A program made the position numbers and the translations under genes. Below the pieces are notes generated by a model, which was not told where the DNA came from, made no database searches, and was given only the letters and a program-made list of their open reading frames with translations. A stretch of 64,000 nt of DNA, from the NCBI GenBank assembly GCA_021324455.1, contig JAJPJA010000017.1, forward strand, positions 27,273-91,272. Reading direction: 5' to 3'. The stretch is from Pseudomonadota bacterium. GTDB taxonomy: Bacteria; Desulfobacterota; Binatia; Binatales; Binataceae. Shown here piece by piece: positions 36,636-45,973 of the stretch (positions within the stretch are counted from its first letter, which is position 1; each line of letters opens with the position of its first letter).

Positions 36636-37427
36636 CTAGCGCCGCCGTCCGCGCAGCCATCGATACCACGAATCCAGACCGGCGCCGGTCCTGACCGACG
36701 TCTGCAGCAGCCCGGCCCCCGGATTGACCCTGCGCGCGTATTGGATGCAGAGCGGGAGATCGAACTCCAGATGCGGCAGCAGGTCCGACTTGCTCAGAAC
36801 GATCGCGTCGGCGGCGCGGAACATGTGCGGATACTTGAGCGGCTTGTCCTCGCCCTCGGTCACCGACATGATCACGACGCGCGCGCCTTCACCCAAATCG
36901 AACAGCGCGGGGCACACCAGGTTGCCGACGTTTTCAATCATCAGCACCGAGCGCCGGGGCGGATCCAGTTCATGCAGCGCGCGATCGAGCATCGCGGCGT
37001 CCAGATGGCATCCGGAGCCGGTGTTGATCTGAACCACGCGCGATCCGGTTTTGCGGATACGCTCGGCGTCGCGCAGCGTTGCCTGGTCGCCTTCGATGAC
37101 GGAAATTTCCAGCTCTCCGCGAAGATCGGCGATGGTGCGCTCCAGCAGCGCGGTCTTGCCCGCGCCCGGCGCGCTCATCAGGTTTACGGCCAGAATCTCG
37201 CGCCCCTCAAACCAGCCCCGGTTGCGCTCTGCAATCAGGTTGTTGCGGGCGAGGATATCCTGCTCCAGTTTGACTACGCGGCGCTCTCCGTCCTGGTGCG
37301 GATGGCGATGCGCGTGATCGTGATCGTCATGGCCATGGGAGCGGGACGAGCCGTGATCCGGCGCGCGATCGGCGGGATTGGTCACCACTGTTTCGGCTTT
37401 TTGGGAGCATCCGCAAGTGCTACACAT
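36636..37427 (-). CDS. hypB: Hydrogenase nickel incorporation GTPase HypB
   Basis: MCSTCGC, His-rich stretch, PGAGKT, GCHLDA, ENVGNLVCPA, EDKPLKYP. Confidence 0.97.
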   Translation of the reverse strand: MCSTCGCSQKAETVVTNPADRAPDHGSSRSHGHDDHDHAHRHPHQDGERRVVKLEQDILARNNLIAERNRGWFEGREILAVNLMSAPGAGKTALLERTIADLRGELEISVIEGDQATLRDAERIRKTGSRVVQINTGSGCHLDAAMLDRALHELDPPRRSVLMIENVGNLVCPALFDLGEGARVVIMSVTEGEDKPLKYPHMFRAADAIVLSKSDLLPHLEFDLPLCIQYARRVNPGAGLLQTSVRTGAGLDSWYRWLRGRRR

Positions 37428-37755
37428 CGGCGATCTCCACCTCGCGAATTTTGAGTTCCTGTCCGGCGACAAGTTCGAGGTCCGCGCTGCCGCATCCGCA
37501 CCGCGCGAGCAAATCGTCAACGTTGAAGCGAGCCCCGCAGCGGCGGCATCGCGCGCGCCCGGGCGTTTCAATCACCTCGAGCCGGGCCCCTTCCAGCGCG
37601 GTGCCGGCGGCGCAGATGTCGAAGCAAAAACGCACCGAGTCGCAGACCACGCCCGAAAGGCGTCCGATTTCAAGCGCCACGCGCGTCACCCTGGCGCCGC
37701 CGATGCGCTCGCCGATCTGATTGACCACGCTTTGCGTTATCGCCAGTTCATGCAT
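37420..37755 (-). CDS. hypA: Hydrogenase maturation nickel metallochaperone HypA
   Basis: MHELAI N-terminus, CRRC...CGCGS. Confidence 0.96.
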   Translation of the reverse strand: MHELAITQSVVNQIGERIGGARVTRVALEIGRLSGVVCDSVRFCFDICAAGTALEGARLEVIETPGRARCRRCGARFNVDDLLARCGCGSADLELVAGQELKIREVEIADV

Positions 37756-37800
37756 TCTCAATCCAATCAGATCGCCTCATCGCGCATTGACAAAAGGGCC

Positions 37801-40134
37801 CTAACGGTCCGTGCTGTCGCGGGCGGCGGCGATTGCGGCCTGGCCGAACGCGATACCGCCGTCATTGGCCGGCACCCGGCGATGCGTCAATACGCGGAAA
37901 CCCAGACTTTCCAAACTTTGATGGACGCGCTCCAGCAGCCAGAGGTTCTGAAACACGCCTCCGCTGAGCGCGACCAGGTCGAGGCCATGCTGTTGGCGTA
38001 TGAAGCCGCAAACCTTGACGATGGTGTCGGCCATGCCGTTGTGAAAGCGCGCGGCGACGATCTCGCGCGGTGTGCCGGCGCGCAGGTCGTCGGCGGCGGC
38101 GCGGACCAAATCCGCGCCGCAGATTCGCATCGCGCCGCAACCGTTGACGCGGGCCGGATACGATCCGCGTTCGGCGGCGTCCGCCATCTGTTCCAGCTCC
38201 ACCGCCGCCTGTCCTTCGTAATTGACCCGATCGCGCAGGCCCACGATTGCGGCGGCGGCGTCGAACAGGCGTCCGGCGCTGGAAGTGAGCGGCGAGTTCA
38301 CCCCGGCGCGCATCGCGGCGGCCACCGCATCCCATCGGCTGCGGTTGCGCCGGAACACGTCCAGATCGGCGGGCGCTTCATCGGCGTAAGCCGCGGCCAG
38401 ATAAGCCAGCGCCATCCGCCACGGCTCCTTGATGGCGGCGGCGCCCCCCGGCATGGGCACCGGCTCGAAACATCCGGCGCGGCGGAAGGAGCATAAATCG
38501 GCGATGAGAAACTCGCCGCCCCACATGGTCGCGTCGGCGCCGTAGCCGAGACCGTCAAACGCGGCGCCGATTGCCGGACCGTATTCGCCGTTGTCGGCCA
38601 GACACGCGGCGATGTGCGCATGATGATGCTGCACCGCCATCAGTTCGATCCCGCGCAGCCCCAGCGCGTACCTGGTTGACAGATATTCGGGATGGAGATC
38701 GTGGACCGCGATTTTCGGATCGATCTCGAACAGCCGGCGGAAGTGCTCAATCCCTTCAATGAACGAGAGCAGGCTGGGATAGTTTTCAAGGTCGCCGATG
38801 TGAGACGAGAGAAAGGCGCTGGAGCCGCGTACGAGGCAGAAGGTGCTCTTCAACTCGGCGCCGCAGCTCAGCAGCGGACGGCGCGCCGGGAGCGGCAATT
38901 TCAGCGGCGCCGGAGCGTAGCCGCGCGATCGCCGGACCGTCACCTCGCGTCCGCCCGCCGCGCGCACCACGGAATCGTCGGTGCGGATATGAATCGGACG
39001 ATCGTGGGTTAGAAACCAGTCCGCGATACTCCCCAGCCGCTCCATCGCATCGCCGTCGCGATACGCGATCGGCTCCTCGGAGACATTGCCGCTGGTCAGC
39101 ACGATGGGCTCGCCGATCGCCTCGCATAGCAGGTGATGCAGCGGTGTGTAAGGCAGCATCAATCCGACGAACCGGTTGCCGGGCGCCACGGCGGAAGCCA
39201 GCGGCGCCTGCGGATTGCGCCGGAGCAGTACGATCGGACGCCGCGCGCTCAGCAGCAGCCGCTCCTCGGCTTCATCAATCAGGGCCAGAACCCGCGCCTG
39301 ATCGAGGTTCGACACCATCAGGGCGAAGGGCTTGTCTTCGCGATGCTTGCGCGCGCGCAGCTTGGCCACCGCCGATTCATTGGCCGCCGCGGCCGCCAGA
39401 TGGTAGCCGCCCAATCCTTTGACGGCGACGATCTCGCCGCACGCCAGCAGCCGCGCCGCGGCTTCGATCGGGTCTGCGGTTTTTTTCGTCCCCGCGCCCC
39501 GCTCGTCGATCGCAAGAGAGCGAGGAGATGCGACCAGCCGCAGCCGCGGGCCGCAATCCGGACAACAGATCGGCTGCGCATGAAAGCGGCGATCGGCGGG
39601 ATCGTGATATTCCCTGGCACACAGCGCGCACATCGCAAATCCGGCCATCGTGGTGCATTGCCGGTCGTAGGGAATATCGCGGACGATGGTAAAGCGCGGA
39701 CCGCAGTTGGTGCAGTTGGTGAATGGATAGCGATAGCGCCGGTTGGTCGGATCGAAGATCTCGCGCAGGCAATCGCCGCAGGCCGCCACGTCGGGCGCGA
39801 TCAAGGTCCGATGCGGCCCATTGGAACGGCTGCCCGCGATGATGAATCCAGTGTCGCCGCGCGGTGGTATTACGGTGGCTGACGCGCGCTCGACGCACGC
39901 CACAATGGGCGCGTCGCTGCGCAGACGGGTCTGGAACTCGGCCAGCGCCGGCGCCGCTCCTTCCACTTCGATGATCACGCCCTGCTCGTCGTTGGCGACG
40001 TAGCCCGCCAGACCAAGCCGGACGGCCAGAGCATAGATGAAGGGCCGAAACCCGACCCCTTGCACGGTCCCTTCGACCCGAATCAGGTTGCGGATCGGGA
40101 CTGTTTCGCGTTCATTTGGAGCATCCTGAATCAT
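37801..40134 (-). CDS. hypF: Carbamoyltransferase HypF
   Basis: GTVQGVGFRPF, CTNCGPRF, RRFHAQP, HDLHP, QHHHAH, PANDGG. Confidence 0.97.
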   Translation of the reverse strand: MIQDAPNERETVPIRNLIRVEGTVQGVGFRPFIYALAVRLGLAGYVANDEQGVIIEVEGAAPALAEFQTRLRSDAPIVACVERASATVIPPRGDTGFIIAGSRSNGPHRTLIAPDVAACGDCLREIFDPTNRRYRYPFTNCTNCGPRFTIVRDIPYDRQCTTMAGFAMCALCAREYHDPADRRFHAQPICCPDCGPRLRLVASPRSLAIDERGAGTKKTADPIEAAARLLACGEIVAVKGLGGYHLAAAAANESAVAKLRARKHREDKPFALMVSNLDQARVLALIDEAEERLLLSARRPIVLLRRNPQAPLASAVAPGNRFVGLMLPYTPLHHLLCEAIGEPIVLTSGNVSEEPIAYRDGDAMERLGSIADWFLTHDRPIHIRTDDSVVRAAGGREVTVRRSRGYAPAPLKLPLPARRPLLSCGAELKSTFCLVRGSSAFLSSHIGDLENYPSLLSFIEGIEHFRRLFEIDPKIAVHDLHPEYLSTRYALGLRGIELMAVQHHHAHIAACLADNGEYGPAIGAAFDGLGYGADATMWGGEFLIADLCSFRRAGCFEPVPMPGGAAAIKEPWRMALAYLAAAYADEAPADLDVFRRNRSRWDAVAAAMRAGVNSPLTSSAGRLFDAAAAIVGLRDRVNYEGQAAVELEQMADAAERGSYPARVNGCGAMRICGADLVRAAADDLRAGTPREIVAARFHNGMADTIVKVCGFIRQQHGLDLVALSGGVFQNLWLLERVHQSLESLGFRVLTHRRVPANDGGIAFGQAAIAAARDSTDR

Positions 40135-40322
40135 CGGGGTGCGGATACGCTCAGAGCAATCCTCTCCCAGCGTGCAAAGGCCCGCCTACATGGCTAACAC
40201 ATGCGGGTGGGATAGGTAAGAATTTTCTTCGGGGCGGCTGTTGCGGGCGGCGATCCCAACTCTTGACAATCAGCGCCATTGCGCTGAAACAAAGGTATCG
40301 AAGCACAGCCGGAGGCGTCGCG

Positions 40323-41483
40323 ATGATACCCAGGCACATCGTTTCCGCGGACTCACACGTGGTCGAACCGGCCGATTTGTGGACCAGCCGGGTTGATAAG
40401 CAGTTCAGAGACCGGGCCCCGCAGGTCAAACCCGACCCCGAGAAGGACGGGCTTCCCACTCTTTATATAAATGGACTGCGGATGATGGCCATTTCCGCTT
40501 TCGGCGCGGCTGGAAGAAGCGGCGAGGAACTCAAGGAATTCGAGCAAAGCGCGGGCTACGAAGAGGTTCATCCGGGCGCCTACGATCCGACCCAGCGCAT
40601 CCGGGCGCAGGAAGAGGACGGCGTCGAGGCGGAGGTGCTTTACACCAGTCTGGGGATGCCCCTGTTCGGGTTGAAGGACGTCGAGCTGCAGCGCCAATGT
40701 TTCCGCGCGTACAACGACTGGCTGGCGGAGTATTGCTCGCACAGTCCCAGGCGCCTGATCGGAACCGCGCTGATCTCTTTGGCCGACATCCCCGAGGCGG
40801 TCAAGGAACTGCAGCGCACGCGCAAGGCAGGCCTTCGCGGCGCGCAGATTTGGGGTTCGACCCCGGTCCAATATCCCACCTACGACAACCCGGCTTACGA
40901 TCCGTTCTGGCAGGCGGCCTGCGACCTTGACGTCCCGCTCTCGCTGCATATCGGCACCGGAGGATCGCACAGCCCGGCGATGACGATGATCAAGGGGCTG
41001 GCGAAGCTGGATGAGCACTCGCCCGGTCTGGGACGGGTGACTGCCTATGTTTATCTTGCCGCCGACATCCAGCAGTCGCTGTACGTGCTGTCGGCGACCG
41101 GCGTGCTCGAGCGTTTTCCGCGGCTGAAGATCGTATCGGCGGAGAACGACACCGGCTGGATGCCGCATTTCCTGTACCGGCTCGACCACGCGTGGAACAA
41201 ATATCACGCGCTGGGTTCGCCCCGGCGGCTGTCGATGCCGCCGGCGGATTTTATCCGGCGCCAGGTATGGGCGACTTTCCAGGACGATCCGATCGGTCCC
41301 GCCACTTACCAATTCTACGGCGAGGACAAGTACATGTGGGCCTCGGATTTTCCGCATGGAGACTGCACCTGGCCCAACTCGAAGAAGGTCATCGAGCAGG
41401 ACTTCTCCGGCGTACCGCAGGAGGTCACCGCAAAAATCGTATGCGGCAACGCGGTAAAGCTGTATGGGCTGGAGTTGAATTAA
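40323..41483 (+). CDS. Amidohydrolase_2 family protein
   Basis: SADSHVVEP, RAYNDW, LSLH, MWASDFPH; GGAGG SD. Confidence 0.92.
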   Translation: MIPRHIVSADSHVVEPADLWTSRVDKQFRDRAPQVKPDPEKDGLPTLYINGLRMMAISAFGAAGRSGEELKEFEQSAGYEEVHPGAYDPTQRIRAQEEDGVEAEVLYTSLGMPLFGLKDVELQRQCFRAYNDWLAEYCSHSPRRLIGTALISLADIPEAVKELQRTRKAGLRGAQIWGSTPVQYPTYDNPAYDPFWQAACDLDVPLSLHIGTGGSHSPAMTMIKGLAKLDEHSPGLGRVTAYVYLAADIQQSLYVLSATGVLERFPRLKIVSAENDTGWMPHFLYRLDHAWNKYHALGSPRRLSMPPADFIRRQVWATFQDDPIGPATYQFYGEDKYMWASDFPHGDCTWPNSKKVIEQDFSGVPQEVTAKIVCGNAVKLYGLELN

Positions 41484-41500
41484 GCGCGCGCTGACCCGGA

Positions 41501-42871
41501 TCAGTTAGCTTCAGGCTCGCCCAGTTTGCGATACAGAGTCTTGCGGTCGATTCCCAGCACCGCGGCCGCTTCGCTCTTGTTGCCGCCCACCGAGGCCAGG
41601 ACGGCGCGGGCGTATTCGCGTTCGAGCTGATCGATGGTCAGGCGGCGGTTGACTGCGTCTTCGACCATCACGGTCTGCACCTCCCCACCCGCCACCTTGG
41701 CCGGCAGGTCGGCGCGCGTGATGCGGTCGTTGCGGCACAGAATGACGGCGCGCGAGATGGCGTTCTGCAGTTCGCGGATATTGCCGGGCCACTGGTAATG
41801 AGTCAGGCAGGCCACCGCGTCGGGGTCGATCTCGGGAATCGAGCGGCCGGCCTCGGCGCTGGCGCGGGCCAGAAAATGCCGGACCAGCGGCATGATGTCC
41901 TCGGTTCTCTCGCGCAGCGGCGGCAACACCAGGGTAACCGTGGCCAGGCGGTAATATAGATCGAGGCGGAATTTCCCCGCGCTGATTGACTCTTCCAAAT
42001 CGGAGTTGGTCGCCGAAACGATCCTGACATCGACCGGGCTCTCTTCGGTTGCGCCCACCGGCCGCACCCGCTTGTCTTCTATCACCCGCAGCAGCTTGGC
42101 CTGCAGCAACAACGGCATCTCGCCGACCTCGTCCAGAAACAGGGTGCCGCCGCGGGCGGCTTGGAACAGACCGGTCTTGCTCTGGCGCGCGTCGGTGAAC
42201 GCACCCTTGACATGGCCGAACAGTTCGCTTTCGAGCAGATTGTCGGGAATGGCGGCGCAGTTGACCGGAATGAACGGCCCCTGCTGACGGCGGCTGCGGA
42301 AATGCAGGGCGCGCGCGATCAATTCCTTGCCGGTGCCGCTTTCGCCGGCGAGCAGCACGCTGGCGGCGCTATCGGCAATCTGCCCGACGATTTCCAGCAC
42401 CTCGCTCATCTTGCGGCTGGCCGCGACGATGTTCTCCAAACCATAGCTGTGGGCCAGTTCGCCGCGCAGCCGTTTGATCTCCTGGCGCAGCTTGCGGTCT
42501 TCCAGCGCGCGCGACACCACCAGCAGCAGCTCGTCGTTGGAAAACGGCTTGGTTATATAGTCGAAGGCGCCCAGCTTCATTGACTCGACCGCGGTCTGAA
42601 TCGATCCGAATGCGGTGATGATGACCACCGGCAGGTTAGGCTGCAGACGCTTGAGCTCGGCGTGCAGCTGATGTCCGCTCATGCCGATCATACGCAAATC
42701 GGAAATCACCAGATCGGGATGCTCGCGGCGCACCAGATTGAGAGCCTCGCTGCCGGAATTGGCGGACAGCGCCCGATAGCCCGCCGAACCCAGAATTTCC
42801 GCCAAAAAGTTGGCCATTTCGCGGTCGTCGTCAACGACCACGATCGTGCTGCGTTCGTCGTCCATGTTCAT
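41501..42871 (-). CDS. Sigma54-dependent response regulator (NtrC/ZraR-like)
   Basis: REC domain, GESGTGKE, GAFTDA, FLDE, WPGNIREL, Fis-type HTH. Confidence 0.97.
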   Translation of the reverse strand: MNMDDERSTIVVVDDDREMANFLAEILGSAGYRALSANSGSEALNLVRREHPDLVISDLRMIGMSGHQLHAELKRLQPNLPVVIITAFGSIQTAVESMKLGAFDYITKPFSNDELLLVVSRALEDRKLRQEIKRLRGELAHSYGLENIVAASRKMSEVLEIVGQIADSAASVLLAGESGTGKELIARALHFRSRRQQGPFIPVNCAAIPDNLLESELFGHVKGAFTDARQSKTGLFQAARGGTLFLDEVGEMPLLLQAKLLRVIEDKRVRPVGATEESPVDVRIVSATNSDLEESISAGKFRLDLYYRLATVTLVLPPLRERTEDIMPLVRHFLARASAEAGRSIPEIDPDAVACLTHYQWPGNIRELQNAISRAVILCRNDRITRADLPAKVAGGEVQTVMVEDAVNRRLTIDQLEREYARAVLASVGGNKSEAAAVLGIDRKTLYRKLGEPEAN

Positions 42872-44340
42872 ACACTGGCGGCCAGCTCGGCTTCGCGCCG
42901 ATGTGACATCGGCAGCGAGACCACAAAGCGCGCGCCCCGTTTACCCTGCTCCAGCGTGATCTCGCCGTCGTGGTCGCGTATGATCGACTGGCTTACCGCC
43001 AGACCCATCCCGGTTCCCTTACCCGGATCCTTGGTCGTGAAGAACGGGTCGAAGACCCGATCTTTGAATTCTTCATCAACGCCGGGGCCGTCGTCTTCGA
43101 ACGACAACCGCACTTCCTGGCGTCCGCCGGCAAACCTGCTCTGCGCGTTGACGCTCAGAACGCCGCCGCTGTGCGCCATCGCGTCCATCGCGTTCATGCC
43201 CAGATTGACGAAGACCTGCTGAAGCTGATCGGCGTCGCAATCGACCAGCAGCGGCAGGGGTCCGAGTTCGCTGACCAGTCGGATGTTGCGATGCTCGGCT
43301 TCGGTTTCCAGCAGATGCAGCGTGCGCTGCACGATCGGGCGGACGTCGCAGGTGATGCTGATCGGTTCGCGCCGGCGGCCAAAATCGAGCAACTGTCTCA
43401 CGATGCGCGTGATGCGGTCGATCTGGTTGATGATTATTTCCAGGCCCTGGGTGAGTTTGCGCTCCTCGCGGTCGCCGCGCAGGAGATGCTCGGCGCGTCC
43501 GCGGATGACGCCCAGCGGGGTGCCGATCTCATGGGCCAATCCGGAGGCGAGGGTGCCGATGGTGGCCAGTTTGTCGGAATGGCGCAGGCGGCGCTCCAGT
43601 TCGATCTTGCGTTCGCTTTCGTCCAGCAGCCGCCGGCGGGCCAGGCTCAATTGGCGCGCCAGCCGCCGGAATTCCTCCGTGATCAGAGTCACTTCGTCGC
43701 CGATCATCTCGCGTTCGGAGTCGTCGCCGCTGGAAAGGCTGCTGACGCGCCGCGACAATTCGGCCAGCGGACGCGAGACGTATTTGCGTGAGACCAGCGG
43801 AATCAGAATCGCCGTCAGCAGTACCACCACCGTGCCCGACGCAATCGCCGAGACCGTCCTCTGATAGAGGTCGCGCTCGACTTCGGTCCAATCCTGCGCG
43901 ACCAGAAGGTATCCAAAGGAGGGATCGTTGCCCAGCGCGGCAATGCGGCAAAACCAGAATCGTCCGGCGGCGTTTTGCGTGAACTCGCTGCTGCCGCCGG
44001 CTTTTACCTCTCCCACCACCTCGCTGGGCGGCGGCGGTTTGATCGGAAAATCGGGCAGCGAATACCATAGCTTGCCCGACCCATCCAAAATGGCGACCGC
44101 CATTCCCTGGTCCGCGATGGTTCGCAGTACGGCCCGGATATCACTCCATTCGGCCCGCTCTATATCAAGTTGGATGGCCTTGTTGAGGGCCGTTTCGGTG
44201 GCGCGGGTCTCGCGCTTCAGGTCCTGCTGAAAGATGTGGGTCGAGGTTCTGACCCGGTTATAGGTATAAATCGCGACTACCGGAGTCAGCGCGGCCAGCA
44301 TCCCCACGGCCAGTCGTGTCCCGACCTTCATTTCCGGCAT
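42868..44340 (-). CDS. Membrane sensor histidine kinase
   Basis: Two TMs, HAMP-like region, AHEIGTPL, NAMDA, DDGPG, FFTTK, GTGMGL. Confidence 0.95.
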   Translation of the reverse strand: MPEMKVGTRLAVGMLAALTPVVAIYTYNRVRTSTHIFQQDLKRETRATETALNKAIQLDIERAEWSDIRAVLRTIADQGMAVAILDGSGKLWYSLPDFPIKPPPPSEVVGEVKAGGSSEFTQNAAGRFWFCRIAALGNDPSFGYLLVAQDWTEVERDLYQRTVSAIASGTVVVLLTAILIPLVSRKYVSRPLAELSRRVSSLSSGDDSEREMIGDEVTLITEEFRRLARQLSLARRRLLDESERKIELERRLRHSDKLATIGTLASGLAHEIGTPLGVIRGRAEHLLRGDREERKLTQGLEIIINQIDRITRIVRQLLDFGRRREPISITCDVRPIVQRTLHLLETEAEHRNIRLVSELGPLPLLVDCDADQLQQVFVNLGMNAMDAMAHSGGVLSVNAQSRFAGGRQEVRLSFEDDGPGVDEEFKDRVFDPFFTTKDPGKGTGMGLAVSQSIIRDHDGEITLEQGKRGARFVVSLPMSHRREAELAASV

Positions 44341-44409
44341 TCTAGCCCTAAAGTGGAACCAATGGGATACTGCTGCGGGTTTCAAAAAAGCTGCTCCAAT
44401 TGGTGACCT

Positions 44410-44425
44410 AGCCAACTACATGCCA
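44410..44425 (-). promoter_or_regulatory. Putative sigma54 promoter for the HK-RR operon
   Basis: Minus strand TGGCATGTAGTTGGCT with GG-N10-GC spacing. Confidence 0.55.
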
Positions 44426-44484
44426 GCCCATCTAACAGGAGGAATCATCCTGCTACACAAATGGCGGTCACCAGATGGACTGCG

Positions 44485-44524
44485 GTGGCGCAAGCGACCA
44501 CACCCAGGTGGGGCAAAATTCCGC
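44485..44524. promoter_or_regulatory. Tandem putative enhancer (UAS) sites for the sigma54 activator
   Basis: GTGG-N9-CCAC (44485-44501) and GTGG-N9-CCGC (44508-44524), 23 bp apart. Confidence 0.45.
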
Positions 44525-44588
44525 TCCGGCCCGAGCCATTTGTACTCACCATCGGCGTCCACGGCGTTTCCGGCGAATTTTTAATTGC

Positions 44589-44604
44589 TGGCCTACCCCT
44601 TGCT
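44589..44604 (+). promoter_or_regulatory. Putative sigma54 promoter for the efflux operon
   Basis: TGGCCTACCCCTTGCT, close to consensus TGGCAC-N5-TTGCW. Confidence 0.7.
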
Positions 44605-44620
44605 TGGGTAAGGCCGTGAC

Positions 44621-45973
44621 GTGGAAGGGAAAGTCTCAGACTGGTGGCGGAACCGAATGCCGCAATGGCGCGCCGGCTTCGGTGAAAAAAACCTCAGCGC
44701 GCCGCAACTGTCGTGGATCGCGGCGCTCGCTCTGCTGCTGATTGTGCCGCGCAACAGCGCGAACGCGGCTGCCCTCCAAAAGCCGGCGCATCACGCCGCG
44801 GTGACGCTGCGGCATGCGCTGGAACTGGCGCGGCGTTACAACCCCGACTTGTCAGTGGTGCGCCGGGAGCTGACCGTTGCCAAAGGCGAGCTGCAAAAAG
44901 CCAGCTATCTGACTCCGTTCAATATGGAACTGGCAGCGGAGGCCGGTTACAGGACGCGCAGCACACGTTCGAATTCACAGGATTGGCGCGTCGGGTTCAT
45001 TCAGGAATTCGAAATTTTCGGACAGCGCGGCTTGCGCAAAAAAGCGGCCCGAATCGGACTCGACGCCAGCCTGGCGCAATTAAGCGACCAAACCCGCCTG
45101 CTCGACGGCGCGGTCAGGATGACCTTTTACGAGACGATGCGCGCGCGCCAGGAGGTCGAACTCCTGAGCGAACTGGCCAGGCTCGACTTCAACCTGCTGA
45201 CGGCCGCGCGTACGCGTCTGGATGCCGGCGAGATCAACCAGGTGGAATACAACTCGGCTCAAATCCGCTACGGACAGAGCCATCGGGCCCTAATCCAGGG
45301 CGCTGAACGCTACCGGCTCCTGCGCTCCAGCCTCGGCCGCCTGCTGGGCGGCAAGGCCGGAAACGAACCCGAGCCCGCGGACGAGATCAAAGTGCAGCCG
45401 GTGCAGATCGAGATCGAAACCCTGATTGAAGGCGCCCGCCGCAGCCGCCCCGATCTGCGGGCGCGTCAACTTGACGTGGCCCGGTTCGATACCGAAATTG
45501 CCCTGAACCAGCGGCTCAACCTGCCCAATCCGGCGATCGGTATGTTTCTGGGCCATGAGAACAACACCGAGCGTTTCATCGGCCCGATGGTTGGCTTTGC
45601 AGTCCCGCTGTTCAACCGGCGAGTGGGCGAGGCGACGATTCTCGCCGGCCGCCGCGCCCAGGCCCAGGATCAACTGCATGCCGCCGAACTCGACGTCGAG
45701 CAGCAGGTGCGCGACGCCTACAACCGTTACATGACGGCGCGTCAGACCCTGAGGGTTTACGAGGATGAGGTGGTTGTACCGGCGCGCCAGAGTTTCGGTC
45801 TGCTCGAAGCCGCCTTTACCGAAGGCAAGATCGATTTGCTCCGGCTCTCGATTGCCGAACGCGAGGCGTTCGAAGCGCGGATGGCGTATGTCGGCGCCTG
45901 GTTCGAGCTGTTGGCGGCGCAGGTCGCAATTGAGTTGGCCACCGGGACCCCGCTTGAGACGACTTCACGATGA
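44621..45973 (+). CDS. TolC/CzcC-like outer membrane efflux protein (start may be ATG 44657)
   Basis: VTLRHALELARRYNPDL, PLFNR..G, GKIDLL; first gene of an RND operon. Confidence 0.9.
   Translation: MEGKVSDWWRNRMPQWRAGFGEKNLSAPQLSWIAALALLLIVPRNSANAAALQKPAHHAAVTLRHALELARRYNPDLSVVRRELTVAKGELQKASYLTPFNMELAAEAGYRTRSTRSNSQDWRVGFIQEFEIFGQRGLRKKAARIGLDASLAQLSDQTRLLDGAVRMTFYETMRARQEVELLSELARLDFNLLTAARTRLDAGEINQVEYNSAQIRYGQSHRALIQGAERYRLLRSSLGRLLGGKAGNEPEPADEIKVQPVQIEIETLIEGARRSRPDLRARQLDVARFDTEIALNQRLNLPNPAIGMFLGHENNTERFIGPMVGFAVPLFNRRVGEATILAGRRAQAQDQLHAAELDVEQQVRDAYNRYMTARQTLRVYEDEVVVPARQSFGLLEAAFTEGKIDLLRLSIAEREAFEARMAYVGAWFELLAAQVAIELATGTPLETTSR

Noticed and set aside
37378-38496. 372-aa plus-strand ORF
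   Set aside because: Antisense to hypA/hypF.
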